Shown here piece by piece: positions 20,197 to 31,789 of a stretch of 32,691 nucleotides of DNA. Made by a program: the position numbers and the translations under genes. The notes beneath the pieces are model-generated. The model saw only the letters and a list, made by a program, of their open reading frames with translations, had not been told where the DNA came from and searched no databases. The DNA is from Octopus bimaculoides (lineage: Eukaryota): NCBI RefSeq assembly GCF_001194135.2, contig NC_069005.1, forward strand, positions 21,531,598 to 21,564,288, written 5' to 3'. The stretch's first letter is position 1. Every line of letters starts with the position of its first letter.

Positions 20197-20609
20197 GCAT
20201 GAGTGATCATTTGGAACTGTTTGGCACCTGGTTTGTTTTTGCAGTTTCTTAATGTGTTCGTTGAATCTTTTTTCTTTTATAGCTGACAATAATTCATTAC
20301 ATACACACACGTTTTGTGTGTGTGTATGAATGGTTATAAAATGTACACAGAGCTTTAGCTATGGATCGTGTCAACATTTGTAGCTTGGCTGCTACTGGTG
20401 ACTTTTGTTGATATTTCCTGTCACAAATCACCTGCTAACTCTGTGCTTTCAAAATCCTCTGGGATAAAAAAAAAATCTCTGGATGAAAAACAGTTAAGGG
20501 TTGGCAACAGGAAGTGCATCCAACCATAAAAATTTCTGTCTCAATTTCCTCCTGTCTAAGCCATGCTAGCAGGGAACAACAAGCGTTAAAGAAAACAAAA
20601 TAAACAAAC

Positions 20610-20770
20610 ACCAACAATTTTATTAACAACTGGCTTTCGTCTTTCATGTTTGTGTTACACATTCTTTTTGATATTGACCTTCACATCCTGATATTTGCTA
20701 ATCTTAGCTGCCTTTGTCAGAAGATAAGTTTTACCTAAGACTATAATCACCATCAAGAAAGCGGGCAGGT
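20610..20770 (-). pseudogene. Possible further R4/Dong RLE remnant
   Basis: Minus-strand translation LLTKAAKISKYQDVKVNIK/RMCNT..PVV resembles KE.EK.SKYQDL..EI.RMW...PIV. Confidence 0.45.
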
Positions 20771-21589
20771 TTTTGACATTTTTTTTTTTTAGCTTGAACT
20801 AAATTATTTATTCCATTGACTACTAAATTATCTTTCACAGTCCAGACACCTATGTTCTACGTAATTATGTCAGATGTTTTATGATGGTGGGACATGCTCC
20901 ATTTACCACCCGGTTACTTTATGACATTTTGTTTACATATTGATCAACTAATGCAAGTAGCTTATTACTTTGTTGTGTCAGCCTAAACAGAGCAACCAGT
21001 CACAGCTGTGATATGGCTTATTTACTTAACAAATGCATTGTGTGGTTTTAGAGTTAAATCTCACAGTACAGTACCTTGGGTACTGTATTTGATGGCATAT
21101 AGGACACAAAAGCACATTAGATTTCAGCAGCATATATTCAGGATGAAAAACAGTTTTCAGTGAATTAAAATTTATAGGAGGCCCAACTTTGCATGCAGGA
21201 CCCAGAGTAACGTTTTCTTTTGCGACACTTTTTTTGGAAAAAGTGTTTTATATGCCATCAAAATACAGTGTCTTATTCCATAGCTTCAGGTTGGCCAAAG
21301 TATTGTGAATGGAATATGGTTGATGAAAGCTTTGTGGAAACTTGTGATAGGGACCATTCCTATTTTGGGGGTGTAATCAGTTACTCTAATTCCCACTACT
21401 GTCAGTTTTTTGAGTACTTTTAGCAGGGTCCTTTCACTTGCAAGTATTTGAACCAGGACTTTCTCTAATAGATTAATCTTGCAAATGAATAGTTCTTTTA
21501 TTGTAATTAAAGTGCATATTTGGAACCTACCCACATTATGCCTACGTGTTTCCTTATTTGGGACAAGTTCTACAATTGTTATAACTAAG

Positions 21590-21842
21590 TGGTGAGCTGG
21601 CAGAATCATTATTATTGTCTGTCCTTGTTTGTCCCCTCTATGTTTAGCCCCTTGTGGGCAATACAAAAATAAGAATCATTAGTATGCTGGACAAAGTGTT
21701 TAGCAGCTTTTCATCTGTCTTTACGTTTGGAGTTCAAATTCCAAAGTCAATTGAGATCAACTTTGCTTTTCATCTTTTGGGGTTTGATGTAATTGACTTA
21801 CTTTACCCCTGAAATTACTGGCATTATGCCAAAATCTGAAGC

Positions 21843-21888
<46 letters not shown>
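21590..21888 (+). mobile_element. Older SINE C' with (ATT)15 tail, carrying a 60-nt young family C 3' end with a 10-bp TSD
   Basis: AGAATCATTA at 21602-21611 and 21672-21681 flanks a sequence matching about 11950-12010. (ATT)n at 21844-21888. Confidence 0.75.
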
Positions 21889-22692
21889 GTTCAGTAGTTT
21901 TATTTTTATAATGTGCTTTCACTTCACTACCGAGTGCAGCTCTGTGTGCCTTGGGTATGTGCTGTGGTTTGCTGTGGTGCTCTTATGTTTACTGTATTGA
22001 AAGTGTTTTGCGTAGAATGTGTGCAGTACCCAGTAGTGCAATTTTCTGTATGTTATATATATTTGTAAGTCCTGGTGTTTTTGTTATGTATTTGTCTGAA
22101 TATTTTTTTATTATACCTAAGGCACCTACTATGATAGGAATTGTTTCTGTTTTTAGATTCCACATTCGAGTTATCTCNNNNNNNNNNNNNNNNNNNNNNN
22201 NNNNNNNNNNNNNNNNNNNNNNNNNNNNNNNNNNNNNNNNNNNNNNNNNNNNNNNNNNNNNNNNNNNNNNNNNNNNNNNNNNNNNNNNNNNNNNNNNNNN
22301 NNNNNNNNNNNNNNNNNNNNNNNNNNNNNNNNNNNNNNNNNNNNNNNNNNNNNNNNNNNNNNNNNNNNNNNNNNNNNNNNNNNGTCGTGTCTGTGAATAT
22401 ATTCCTTCTTAGCCAGGACTGGGCAGCCAGAGATAATATGATTTATTGTTTCTTGTCCATCTCCACATATTCTACAGTTACTTGTTATATTTCTTTTCAT
22501 TATGTGTTTTTGGTAATTTCTGGTGGGGAGGCTTTGGTCTTGTGCAGCAATTAAAAATCCTTCAGTCTCTGCTTTGAGTCCTGAGCTTCTCAGCCATTGC
22601 TGGGATTTTTCTCTGTCTATTTCTTTCGCATTTAGTTTAGCCCAGTATTTACGATGTAGGGGCTTTTCTTGCCATCGTTTTATCATGGTACG
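21889..22692 (-). mobile_element. Young 5'-truncated R4/Dong-clade retrotransposon spanning an assembly gap
   Basis: Stop-free KRWQEKPLH...AETEGFLIAAQDQSLPTRNY...CRICGDGQETINHIISGCPVLAKKEYIHRHD (CCHC plus RHD) at 22692-22384. After the gap, EITRMWNLKTETIPIIVGALG...IQKIALLGTAHILRKTLSIQ* at 22177-21989. Then 3' UTR and (TAA)n. Confidence 0.88.
22178..22383. other. Assembly gap (206 N)
   Basis: N run inside the R4/Dong ORF. Confidence 0.95.
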
Positions 22693-22744
22693 TATCATCA
22701 TCATCAATAATAATAATTACTTCCACCTTGAAATTACCTCCCCC

Positions 22745-22995
22745 CGTCTTTATGTTCTGAGTTCAAATTCTGCTGGGGTCAACTTTGCCTTTCATCCTTT
22801 CGAGGTCAATGAAATAAGTACCAGTTGAGCACTGGGGTTGATGTAATTGACTAGACCCTTTCCCCCTAAGAATTTCAGGCCTTGTGCTTATAATAGAAAG
22901 GAGTATTATTATTATTAATAATATTTACTCCCCGCCCAAATTACTGGCCTTGTGCCAAAATTTGAAACCATTGTTGTTATTATCATTATCATTGC

Positions 22996-23030
<35 letters not shown>
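22745..23030 (+). mobile_element. SINE C' body, extra tail fragment and (TTA)n
   Basis: GAGTTCAAATTC...GCCTTTCATCCTTTCGAGGTC...AAGTACCAGTT and GCCAAAATTTGAAACC-(TTR)n. Confidence 0.7.
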
Positions 23031-23031
<1 letters not shown>

Positions 23032-23943
23032 ATGCATTGCCTCAGTCTGGCCATGGTTCAGTGATTGAAACCAGTGAGAGAATGTCAGACTCTGGTGTGT
23101 ACATGTATATGTGTGTGTGTATATGTGTGCATGCAAATAAAATATATATTTGTAATATACTATAATCAATTTAATTAACTTTATTACTCATCCCCATTTC
23201 ACACAGTTGATCTTTCAGCTACTGAAGAGAACTGATCTGCGGCTGGTGCACACACACACACACACACACACATGCACTTTCTCCCCCCCCCCCTATCTCT
23301 CAGCTTTCTCTCTTTCTCTCTGTCTCATACACACTACTGGATTATTTTGTGTGGTCTTTTTGTTTCCTGCTATCCCTGCTTCCACTAGTGTACTCTCCAC
23401 TCTCTATCATTGACTGTAATTTTACAGATTAGTTGGTTAAGCACAGCACTGCTAGCCAGCCAAACAAATGCTAAGAGAAATAAAAAGAAAGAAAGAAAGA
23501 AAGAAGTAAGAAAAAACTATGTATGTCAATGTTGTTGTTATTGTTGCTTACAGTTTTATGCAATAGATACTATATTGATTTCTTACTTAGGCTCTTAGCC
23601 AATGGTTGAATGGTTGGGTAGCGGACATGATAAATTAAATTAATTCACCCCTGAATATTTCTGGTACTTTGTAGCTGTTGCTTACTTTCATTCTCTGGGG
23701 GTTGGGTGGTGGTGATGTGAGAGGTGAACTTTGAAAAGAATTGAATTTAAAAGGTAACAAAACTATTGCTTTCTTTCTCTACCCCCCATTTAAAAACAGG
23801 TATTAAGGCAATGTCTATGACCTTTTACAAGGCCTCTGAGACTACCGGGAGGGAGGAAGGTATCCTCAAACTAAACCGTTGGCTTATGAATGCTTACGGT
23901 AACCTGGATTCTACTAAGGGTACCCAGGGTAACAAGTGACGGT

Positions 23944-24198
23944 TTGACCCTTTCACATTTAAACCAGCCATATCCAACCTAAATATTCTACTTGTTTTAT
24001 GTTGAAATCGGCCAGATCCAGCCTCTCACACCTACCCTACAATGTCATTCTAAAAGTGGCTGTGTGGTAAGAAGCTTACTTCCCAACCACATTGTTCCGG
24101 GTTCAGTCCCACTGCATGTCACCTTGAGAAAGAGTGTCTTCTGACTAACTAAAGCCTTGTGACTGGATTTGTTTGATGGAAACTGAAAGAAACCTGTC

Positions 24199-24229
<31 letters not shown>

Positions 24230-24560
24230 GTGTGTGTGTGTCTTTTATATCTGTGTTTGTCCTCCACGACTGCTTGACAACTGGTGTTGGTGTGTTTGCA
24301 TCCCCATGACTTAGCGGTCTGATAAAAACAGAACAATAGATTAAGTACCAGGCTTAAAAGAAAAAAAGGGTCTTGTGGTCGATTTGTTCAACTATATCCC
24401 TTCAAGGTGGTGCCCTAGCATGGCTGCAGTCAAATGACTAAAACAAGTAAAAAGAAAAAGATAATCTCTAAAATCTTGAAGCTACAAGACTTATACATTT
24501 GAAAAATGTGGACAGTTAAGTATTACATTTGACGATGTAATCTGAATGCTAAATGGTTAA
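23944..24560 (+). mobile_element. piggyBac-like MITE F split by a family A SINE (24056-24463)
   Basis: F 5' half at 23944-24055 and F 3' half at about 24464-24560 ending AATGCTAAATGG-TTAA. The SINE has an internal microsatellite at about 24200-24240. Confidence 0.75.
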
Positions 24561-24704
24561 GTCTGTCACCCAAGTAGTCTATGATGGAATTTGAACTCTC
24601 GAATGCATTTGGTCTGATGTTCTTGTATTCATCCATCTCTATCTTCTCTGGTATTTAACAGTTGTTCTCTGTGACATTCAGTGTTAGGTGTTGTTTCACT
24701 GACA

Positions 24705-25025
24705 TACAAAGGGGTGCTGAAAAGTTCCTGGCTTTGGGTAAACGAAAATTGCTCTGGAAGGATTTTGACCATCCCCGTGTGATTAAAAGTGGATTGACAC
24801 ATTGCCAATAAATAAAGTACTGTGAGGAATGAGCAAGCAGTTCACTGTGAGCCGTTGATTGGGAGTGTTGTGTCTCTTGTAATAGTAATCGTATTGCGTC
24901 ATGTAAATGTTTCTTTCCCTCTGTTTCGTTAAATTATTTATCCAACACCAAGATATAAAAAAAAATACATGAGGATCAGCTAATTATGATTTTATTCAAC
25001 ATATTCCCCTCTCAGATTCACAATC
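24705..25025 (+). mobile_element. Possible mariner-type left end split by an insert of about 210 bp
   Basis: TA-CAAAGGGGTGCTGAAAAGTTCCTGGCT resembles mariner TIRs of the TACGAGGG..GAAAAGT type. Continuation at about 24960-25025 is inferred from recall of this repeat. Confidence 0.4.
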
Positions 25026-25197
25026 CATCTCCTAGTTTTGGGATCGGAATCACAATCTATCTAGAAATCAAAGGAAATGACTACTACTCCCTTCAAAATT
25101 TGCTTTTGTCACCTGAACATCAGTGTTTTGAAACTGATCTATTTTCCATTACATTTCAGACAGATTCAGTGGTGAGTTACTGAAGCAGAAATATCAT

Positions 25198-25568
25198 TCA
25201 TCATCATCATCGTTTAATGTCTGCTGTCCATGCTAGCATGGGTTGGACGATTTGACTGAGGACTGGTGAACCAGATGGTTACACCAGGCCCCAATCTGAT
25301 TTGGCAGAGTTTCTACAGCTGGATGCCCTTCCTAATGCCAACCACTCCGAGAGTGTAGTGGGTGCTTTTACGTGCCACTGGCATGAAGGCCAGTCAGGCG
25401 GTACCGGCAACGGCCATGCTCAAAATGGTGTATTTTACATGCCACCTGCACAGGATCCAGTCCAGCAGCACTGGCAACGACCTCGCTCAAATGATTTTAC
25501 ACATGCAACCGGCACAAGTGCCAGGAAGGCGACGCTGGGCACAGGTGCCATCACGATTTCACTTTCGC
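25198..25568 (-). mobile_element. RTE-type 3' tail, young family B (longest copy here)
   Basis: Palindrome at 25228-25241. Homologous to 28367-28678. Confidence 0.82.
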
Positions 25569-26961
25569 TAGCAAATATTCTGCTCAATTCCACAGATTTG
25601 CTTGTCAGTTGTTTGACCTTAACCACTTGAGCATGATTGTTAGTGGCTGACAATATGTGCATCTCTGATCATGAGCAGGAGTAGCGGTGGGGAGCATCAT
25701 AGCCATGTGTTGAGAGGGATTCTTGTGGGTTTGAATAAATGTTAGAACAGCAAAGTTTGAAGGAAATATTAGCCATTTTTCATACTTTCTAGGGGTAAGC
25801 AAATAGGAAATAACAGTTGCTACCCAAGGGCTAAAAGCGTGCTACACAGTGTAATCTTATGAACAGTTTAACACTCACACCAGCACCACTACCATCATAA
25901 TCACCACCAGCACTACCGCCACCACCATGACTTGTGCAATGAGAGCATATACAAAACCTCCTAGTCACAAACCACATTCCTTAATGGTACTGCCAAACCT
26001 GCACTAGTGTGTAGTGTATTTTCTTGGAATGGTGCCAATCTTTTTCATGCTTCAACACCACAACTTGCCTTTGTACAGTATTGCTCCATTATTTCTGTAT
26101 TGACTCTTCTTGTTTGTTCCTTTGAATTGGCATTTTAGTCCTTCTGACTTGCAATGTCCAGAGGTAGGAACATTGCCAGACTCTTGCTGCTGCTGCTGTC
26201 AGTACAACTTCTGTGCTAGTAGTGACGTAGTGATGTTAGATATATCTTGTCTGTATTATTTTTTTAATTTCATTTTCTGTTGACGGATCTGTTTGGTTGG
26301 TAAATAGGTCCAGCTAGCAAGGCAGCCAATTGTGAATCGAGTGTGTATAAGTGAAATACATATTGGTGTTGTCTTGAGAATCTATTGAGGCAGGAGTTTG
26401 CTCATATAATTGATTATCAGCTTGTGTGCGAGCTGATGATGTATGTTTATGTCAAATTGTGTTGCTGAACTGGAAATCAATGGATATACACCTGATGGCT
26501 GGCCACACGCCCACACGTACGTTCACGCATACACACAAACACTCAATACATTCATACACACATACACACACTGTCTTTCACTTTCACTTTCACTTTCTCG
26601 CACACACACATATACACATACACCCATGCATAAACTTACACATACTTTCTTGCACGCACATACACACACACGTACACGGTCAGCCATTCCTTCTTGTTCC
26701 TCTACGCACTTCTTCACATCTCTATACACATGCTTATATGATTTTTCACCTGTAGTTCTTTGTCTATGATGAGGGAAACAAAGGAAAATCAAAAGTACAG
26801 TTTGTGCTAAATGAAGACCAAATCAATAAGAGAAACGATAAAGCATTTAATATGCTTTGTAGTATATTTTAGTTGCATAACAAAATACACTGTTTCTACC
26901 AGTAAGTAAGGAATATGTAATATGTAAAATTGGTATATCTAATAGTGTTATACCACTATAT

Positions 26962-27219
26962 TGAAAAAAAAAATAAATGCGCCCTTTTAAAGCCTAGCCA
27001 GGCTCATGGGCCCGGTTTTCCAGTTTCAATGGCGTATGTGTTCCCCAGCTGGATGGGATGCCAGTCCATTGCAGCGTTACACATTTTTGCCAGCCGAGTG
27101 GACTGGGGCAATGTGAAATGAATTATTTTGCTCAAGAACACAACGTGTCTCCCAGTCCAGGAATCGAAACCACAATCTTGTGATGCTGACACCCTAACCA
27201 CTAAGCCACGCGCCTCCAC
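26962..27219 (-). mobile_element. tRNA-derived SINE, family E, with a 10-bp TSD
   Basis: Minus-strand head TGGAGGCGCGTGGCTTAGTGGTTAGG, B-box GTTTCGATTCC and A-rich tail. TSD ACCACTATAT at 26952-26961 and 27220-27229. Confidence 0.88.
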
Positions 27220-27342
27220 ACCACTATATCTAGTAGCTATTTAAGCAATGAGTTTGTGGATGGTTAATGGGTTGGATGTAGTGCTGAAGAAGAAGCAAAA
27301 CCTCCTGAAATATGCATTTACACTCATTACCTAATTTTCTGT

Positions 27343-27730
27343 GGAGGTGCAATGGCCCAGTGGTTAGGGCAGCAGACTCGTGGTCATAGGATCGCGGTTT
27401 CGATTCCCAAACCGGGTGTTGTAAGTGTTTATGGAGCGAAAACACCTAAACGCTCCACGAGGCTCCAGCAGGGGATTGTGGCGAACCCTGCTGTACTCTT
27501 TCACCACAACCGTCTCTCACTCTTACTTCCTGTTTCTGTTGTGCCTGTAATTCAAAGGGTCAGCCTTGTCGCACTGTGTTACGCTGAATATCCCCGAGAA
27601 CTACGTTAAGGGTACACATGTCTGTGGAGTGCTCAGCCACTTGCACTTTAATTTTCATGAGCAGGCTGTTCCGTTGATCGAATCAACTGGAACCCTCGAC
27701 GTCGTAAGCAACGGAGTGCCAACAACAACA
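27343..27730 (+). mobile_element. Young SINE family D with a 14-bp TSD
   Basis: TSD ACCTAATTTTCTGT at 27329-27342 and 27731-27744. (AAC)4 tail. Near-identical to 17451-17841. Confidence 0.92.
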
Positions 27731-28366
27731 ACCTAATTTTCTGTCTGTGATTACATTGTTTACATTGTTTACATTAGACGTATTTGGATATGAAGTGTCA
27801 TAACAAATGAGTGCTGGCTATAATTTCTATGGAAACTCTGTAGAGATAACCTTAAAAATAAAAAGTGATTGGCCTTGATAATCTATTAGTTAGCTCAACA
27901 TTATTCCAATTATTTGGCTTAATTAAAACTCAGCTCAGTATAACACTCTTACTCATTTCAGTTTAAATACAGGAACAGCAACTTTCCAGACACTGATGAT
28001 CTGAAACCACTTATAATCTGTACTAATTTATGAGTAGGAACTTCAAATTCCTGTGGCTGCTAGACTAGTTTACCGGTACCTTGCACAGTACAGTATTAAT
28101 GACCTTGTATCAATTATACTAATGTATAGGTACTTAAAGTAAATTTAATATTTGTTGAATTTAGAGGTTGACTGTTCCTGGTTTGGTGAAAATCAGTAAT
28201 TCAGGAAGTTCACAGAATGACTTCGTTTTCATCTGAGGTGACTGCCATAAAGATTGTCACTTTTGAAAAGGCTTACACCAGTGTTTTCCAACCTACTTTA
28301 ACCCAAGCCCCGCAATAACTGTCCAGAAAAATGTATGCCCCTCCAGGGGCTGTGAAGAAACAACTT

Positions 28367-28678
28367 TCATCATCATCGTTTAATGTCCGCTTTCCATGCT
28401 AGCATGGGTTGGACGATTTGACTGAGGAATGGCGAACCAGATGGCTGCACCAGGCTCCAATCTGATCTGGCAGAGTTTCTACAGCTGGATGCCCTTCCTA
28501 TCGCCAGCCACTCCGAGAGTGTAGTGGGTGCTTTTACGTGCCACTGGCACGAAGGCTAGTCAGGTGGTACTGGCAACGGCCATGCTCAAAATGGTGTATT
28601 TTATATGCCACCTGCACAGGAGCCAGTCCAATGGCACTGGCACGATCTCGCTCGAATGCCTTTACACGTGCCACCGGC
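28367..28678 (-). mobile_element. RTE-type 3' tail, young family B
   Basis: Palindrome at 28394-28407 and (CAT)n at the left end. Confidence 0.82.
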
Positions 28679-29149
28679 TTTATTTTTAATATTTTATCAC
28701 AGTTATTTAATACAAAAGAATCTACCAGTAATTCTTTTATTAAGTACTGAGTACAAAACAAAAAAATAAAAGGTACATTTTGTCCAAGGGAAAAAAAGTG
28801 ATTCACTTTAATTAGAACCTTGCACCTGGTGACTGGTAGATTTTCTTGATTCAAGAAGACAGTTTTGTTAGCTTCATCTGTAGCATTAGAATAGTGTTGT
28901 ACTGTAGCAAACAGTCTTCACACAGTGTGCTTGTATGGAGGGATTGGTTTGGCTAGGCTGAGTATAGGTGTAGTATGTTTGCTGTGAAAAATGGTTTCCA
29001 TGGCCTACTAAAAAGAAAAAAAAAATTTGGATCCCAGACTCTACCACAAATTTTCCATGTTGGGAATCACTGGTTTACGCAATCGTCATGTGTCTGCATA
29101 ATGAAGCCATAGGAGAAAAGTGATGGGAGAAGGATAAGGAACATTGAAA

Positions 29150-29400
29150 AGTCTTCTAATCTTCTCTTGTAATGGTATTCACCCAGGAGGGTTAGGCTGG
29201 TTCTTATTGAGTTCACTGCATCATGGGTCAAAGCGGTCCATGCATGTCTGTTGGCGGCTGGTTCTGCAGTGTGTTGAAGCCATTCCCACTGGAGTGATGA
29301 ATGCCAAAGACTTGAAACCCAGAAATGAGCTCCATATCTGCTTTAACCACCTCTCTGCTTATGCCAAACCAGGGGAATATCTGGTGATAGTGCCTTCCAG
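29150..29400 (-). pseudogene. RTE-clade ORF2 C-terminal remnant
   Basis: Frameshifted VVKADMELISGFQVFGIH / EWLQHTAEPAANRHAWTALTHDAVNS resembles the RTE VK.DL...VFG.R.W...LA.DR.AW...DA motif. Confidence 0.55.
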
Positions 29401-29636
29401 ACAATCACGGGACAATATAGTGCCTTTTAGACAATCACGGGACAATATCTTGTTTTCCTTCCACTTATCAATGTTCAAACTCTTACGAACATTAAAAAGT
29501 AGAAGGAAAAAAAGAAATTTCTTTCTTAAAAACAATGGTTGTGACTGCTGCCATCATCGAACTGAAGTATTAAATAAAGGTCTTGTTTGGCTGTAAGGGT
29601 CTCTCATAGGCATGTTTCCATCTAGTTTCCTGGCAT

Positions 29637-30528
29637 TTATCCTTTTATCACCATATTTCTGTTGAAATATGCTCTTTTTGTTTTAATTAATTTTGAAAAT
29701 AATGGAAAATTCATTAACCCTTTAGTATTTAAACCAGCCATATCTGGCCCAGATATTCCACATGTTTTGTATTCAAACTGGCGATATCTAGCCTCTCACA
29801 CCTAACCTACATTGACATTCTAAAAATAAACAATCACATCATTGAAACCTCAAAGCTATAAAATAATACATAATTAATTCAAAACAATTTGAGTGATAAA
29901 GTATTACATTTAACAGAGTTAAAGGGTTAAAATACCCTTGCCATTATTAAGTTGGTGTTTGTTACATAAATTAACATGAAATTATGGTGGAAGGTTTTAA
30001 TTTGGATCACTTTAACCCTTTTGTTGCTCTATTTCCATTGAAATACAGTGTTTTTGTTTCACTTAATTTTGAAAATAATTAAGAATTGAGTAAAATAACT
30101 TAGTCTTTATTTAAGCTGGTGTTTGATGCATGAATTAATATGAAGATTTGATGGAAGGGTTTGTCTTGGATCACTTTAAGAGAAGAAGTTTGTATCATAG
30201 AAACAAAGGCATTCCTGGGCAGATTGATATCAGAAACTACACTTCATCCATATAGGTTGTATCAAAGAAATCTAGCTAATACTGATATTTACAGTCAGTC
30301 ACCATTAACCCTTTAGCATTTAAACCAGTGATATCTGGCCAAAATATCCTACCTGTTTTATGCTCAAACTGGTCAGGTCTGGCCTATCACACCAACCCTA
30401 TAATATCATTCTAAAAATTGTTACCTTGTCAAAATCTTGAAGCTATAAGATAATGCATGATTAATTCAAAAGAATGTAAATAAATAAACATTACTTTTGG
30501 CAGAATAATGTGAATGCTAAAGGGTTAA
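29637..30528 (+). mobile_element. Cluster of TTAA piggyBac-like MITEs: G1 (29637-30015) containing F (29714-29930), G2 (30012 to about 30235) and F (30305-30528)
   Basis: The F copy at 30305-30528 has perfect 16-nt inverted ends TTAACCCTTTAGCATT and AATGCTAAAGGGTTAA. The other ends are TTAACCCTTT and AAAGGGTTAA. Confidence 0.8.
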
Positions 30529-30868
30529 GAAACCCACAATTAGATGCATCCCTTAGGTCCTTTCATTTTTAAATCAGTAGGGTGTGATCTGAGGAAGATA
30601 TGGAGGCTATTTTTAGCAATTTGAGTCACCACACAGGCTCTCCCTATTGGCTTGAGTTAGGACTAGATACTTTTTTTTGACCTGTATCAAACTATTTCTT
30701 AACAAAGATGTCTAACACCATTTTTTTCCTCCCTTTTCATTATATCAGTTAGTAATATATTTATTTCTATGACAACAGAGATCAATAATACTGTTCATAT
30801 ATCTACGTTGTTGATCTATTGGAAATCTCATCTCTTCTGTTTATTTGCCAGCCTCTCTTCCATTTTGT

Positions 30869-30869
<1 letters not shown>

Positions 30870-30905
<36 letters not shown>

Positions 30906-31200
30906 TGCTGTCTGTCTGTCTCCCTTTCTCTGTTTTCATCTCTCTGTCTTTCTCTCTTGGTCTTCTAGTCTCTGTCTCTTCTTTTCTGTTTTTCTCTTAA
31001 TCTCTCTTTCTCTATCTTTATCTCTTTTCAAGATTGTATTCTCTTGTCCTTTGTTTTGTCTAGTTTCTCTGTTCTTTTCTCGGTCTTTCTGTTCTTGACC
31101 TGACTCTTTCTCTTTCTTCTTGTATCATCCCTTTCTCTTACATTCTGCTCTGTCCATCCTTCACTTCCTGCTTGGTCTCTCCCTCTCTCTCACTTCATTC
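30870..31200. repeat. (CT)n-rich polypyrimidine low-complexity tract
   Basis: Read directly. Confidence 0.9.
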
Positions 31201-31253
31201 TTGGTTCTGGTGTCTCTGGCTTCTTGCTTATTATTATTATTATTATCATTATT

Positions 31254-31465
31254 AAGGTGGCGAGCTGGCAGAATTGTTAGCGTGCTGGATGAAATGCTTA
31301 GCAGTATTTCACCTGTTGGTACATTCTGAGTTCAAATTCCACTGAGGTCGACTTCACCTTTCATCCTCTCGGTGTCAATAAAATAAGTACCAGTTAAACA
31401 CTGGGGTTGATGTAATCAACTCACCCCTCCCCCAAAATTGCTGCCCTTGTGACAAAACTTAGAAC
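31254..31465 (+). mobile_element. SINE family C'
   Basis: GGTGGCGAGCTGGCAGAA head, GAGTTCAAATTCC and AAGTACCAGTT..ACTGGGGTTGATGTAATC. Confidence 0.8.
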
Positions 31466-31472
31466 TCGCATT

Positions 31473-31604
31473 GACTTGTTCAAGTTTCACTTGAAAAGGA
31501 AATTGAGAGTGAAAAGGGAAGTGCTGTCCTTCAGTGAGTTTATTGAAAGGTGAGTGAAAGTTGTGAAAATGGTAAGAGTGGATGATACCAACTCTAAGTG
31601 TTGA
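31473..31604 (+). pseudogene. Possible L1/Tx1-like ORF2 C-terminal remnant
   Basis: DLFKFHLKRKLRVKREVLSFSEFIER*VKVVKMVRV resembles the recalled R.RVE....F..RW terminal motif, with W mutated to TGA. Recall only. Confidence 0.4.
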
Positions 31605-31789
31605 CCTGTGAGTTGGAGAGGGCACTTGCTCATAGGGTTTCAGGGAAATATAGCTTACCTGCTTTATGTTCATACTGGTTAGATCCAGCTTTTCATACAT
31701 AGCCTACAATGTTGTCTTGAAACTCTGAGATAATGCATGACCAATTTAAAACAATGAATAAATCGACGGAGTAATTTTGAATGTTAAAT

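Noticed and set aside
20670-20740. Minus-strand GKTYLL read as a P-loop exon
   Set aside because: There is no upstream GxxxxG context. The downstream KISKYQDV fits an R4/Dong endonuclease relic better.
21067-21087. 9-bp stem hairpin TACAGTACC-TTG-GGTACTGTA
   Set aside because: A stem this short is expected by chance in 32 kb, and it has no supporting context.
21220-21666. ORFs of 67 and 126 aa in apparently unique sequence
   Set aside because: The start of the minus ORF lies in SINE sequence. I recognise no motif or convincing splice sites.
27992-28010. CTGATGA..GAAAC hammerhead-like words (similar words near 2555-2570 on minus)
   Set aside because: There is no room for stem II and no stem I/III pairing.
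31485-31555. Open frame ending in a perfect AAG/GTGAGT donor
   Set aside because: Similarity to a LINE C-terminus continues past the donor, where the TGA corresponds to a conserved Trp. The acceptor is weak.
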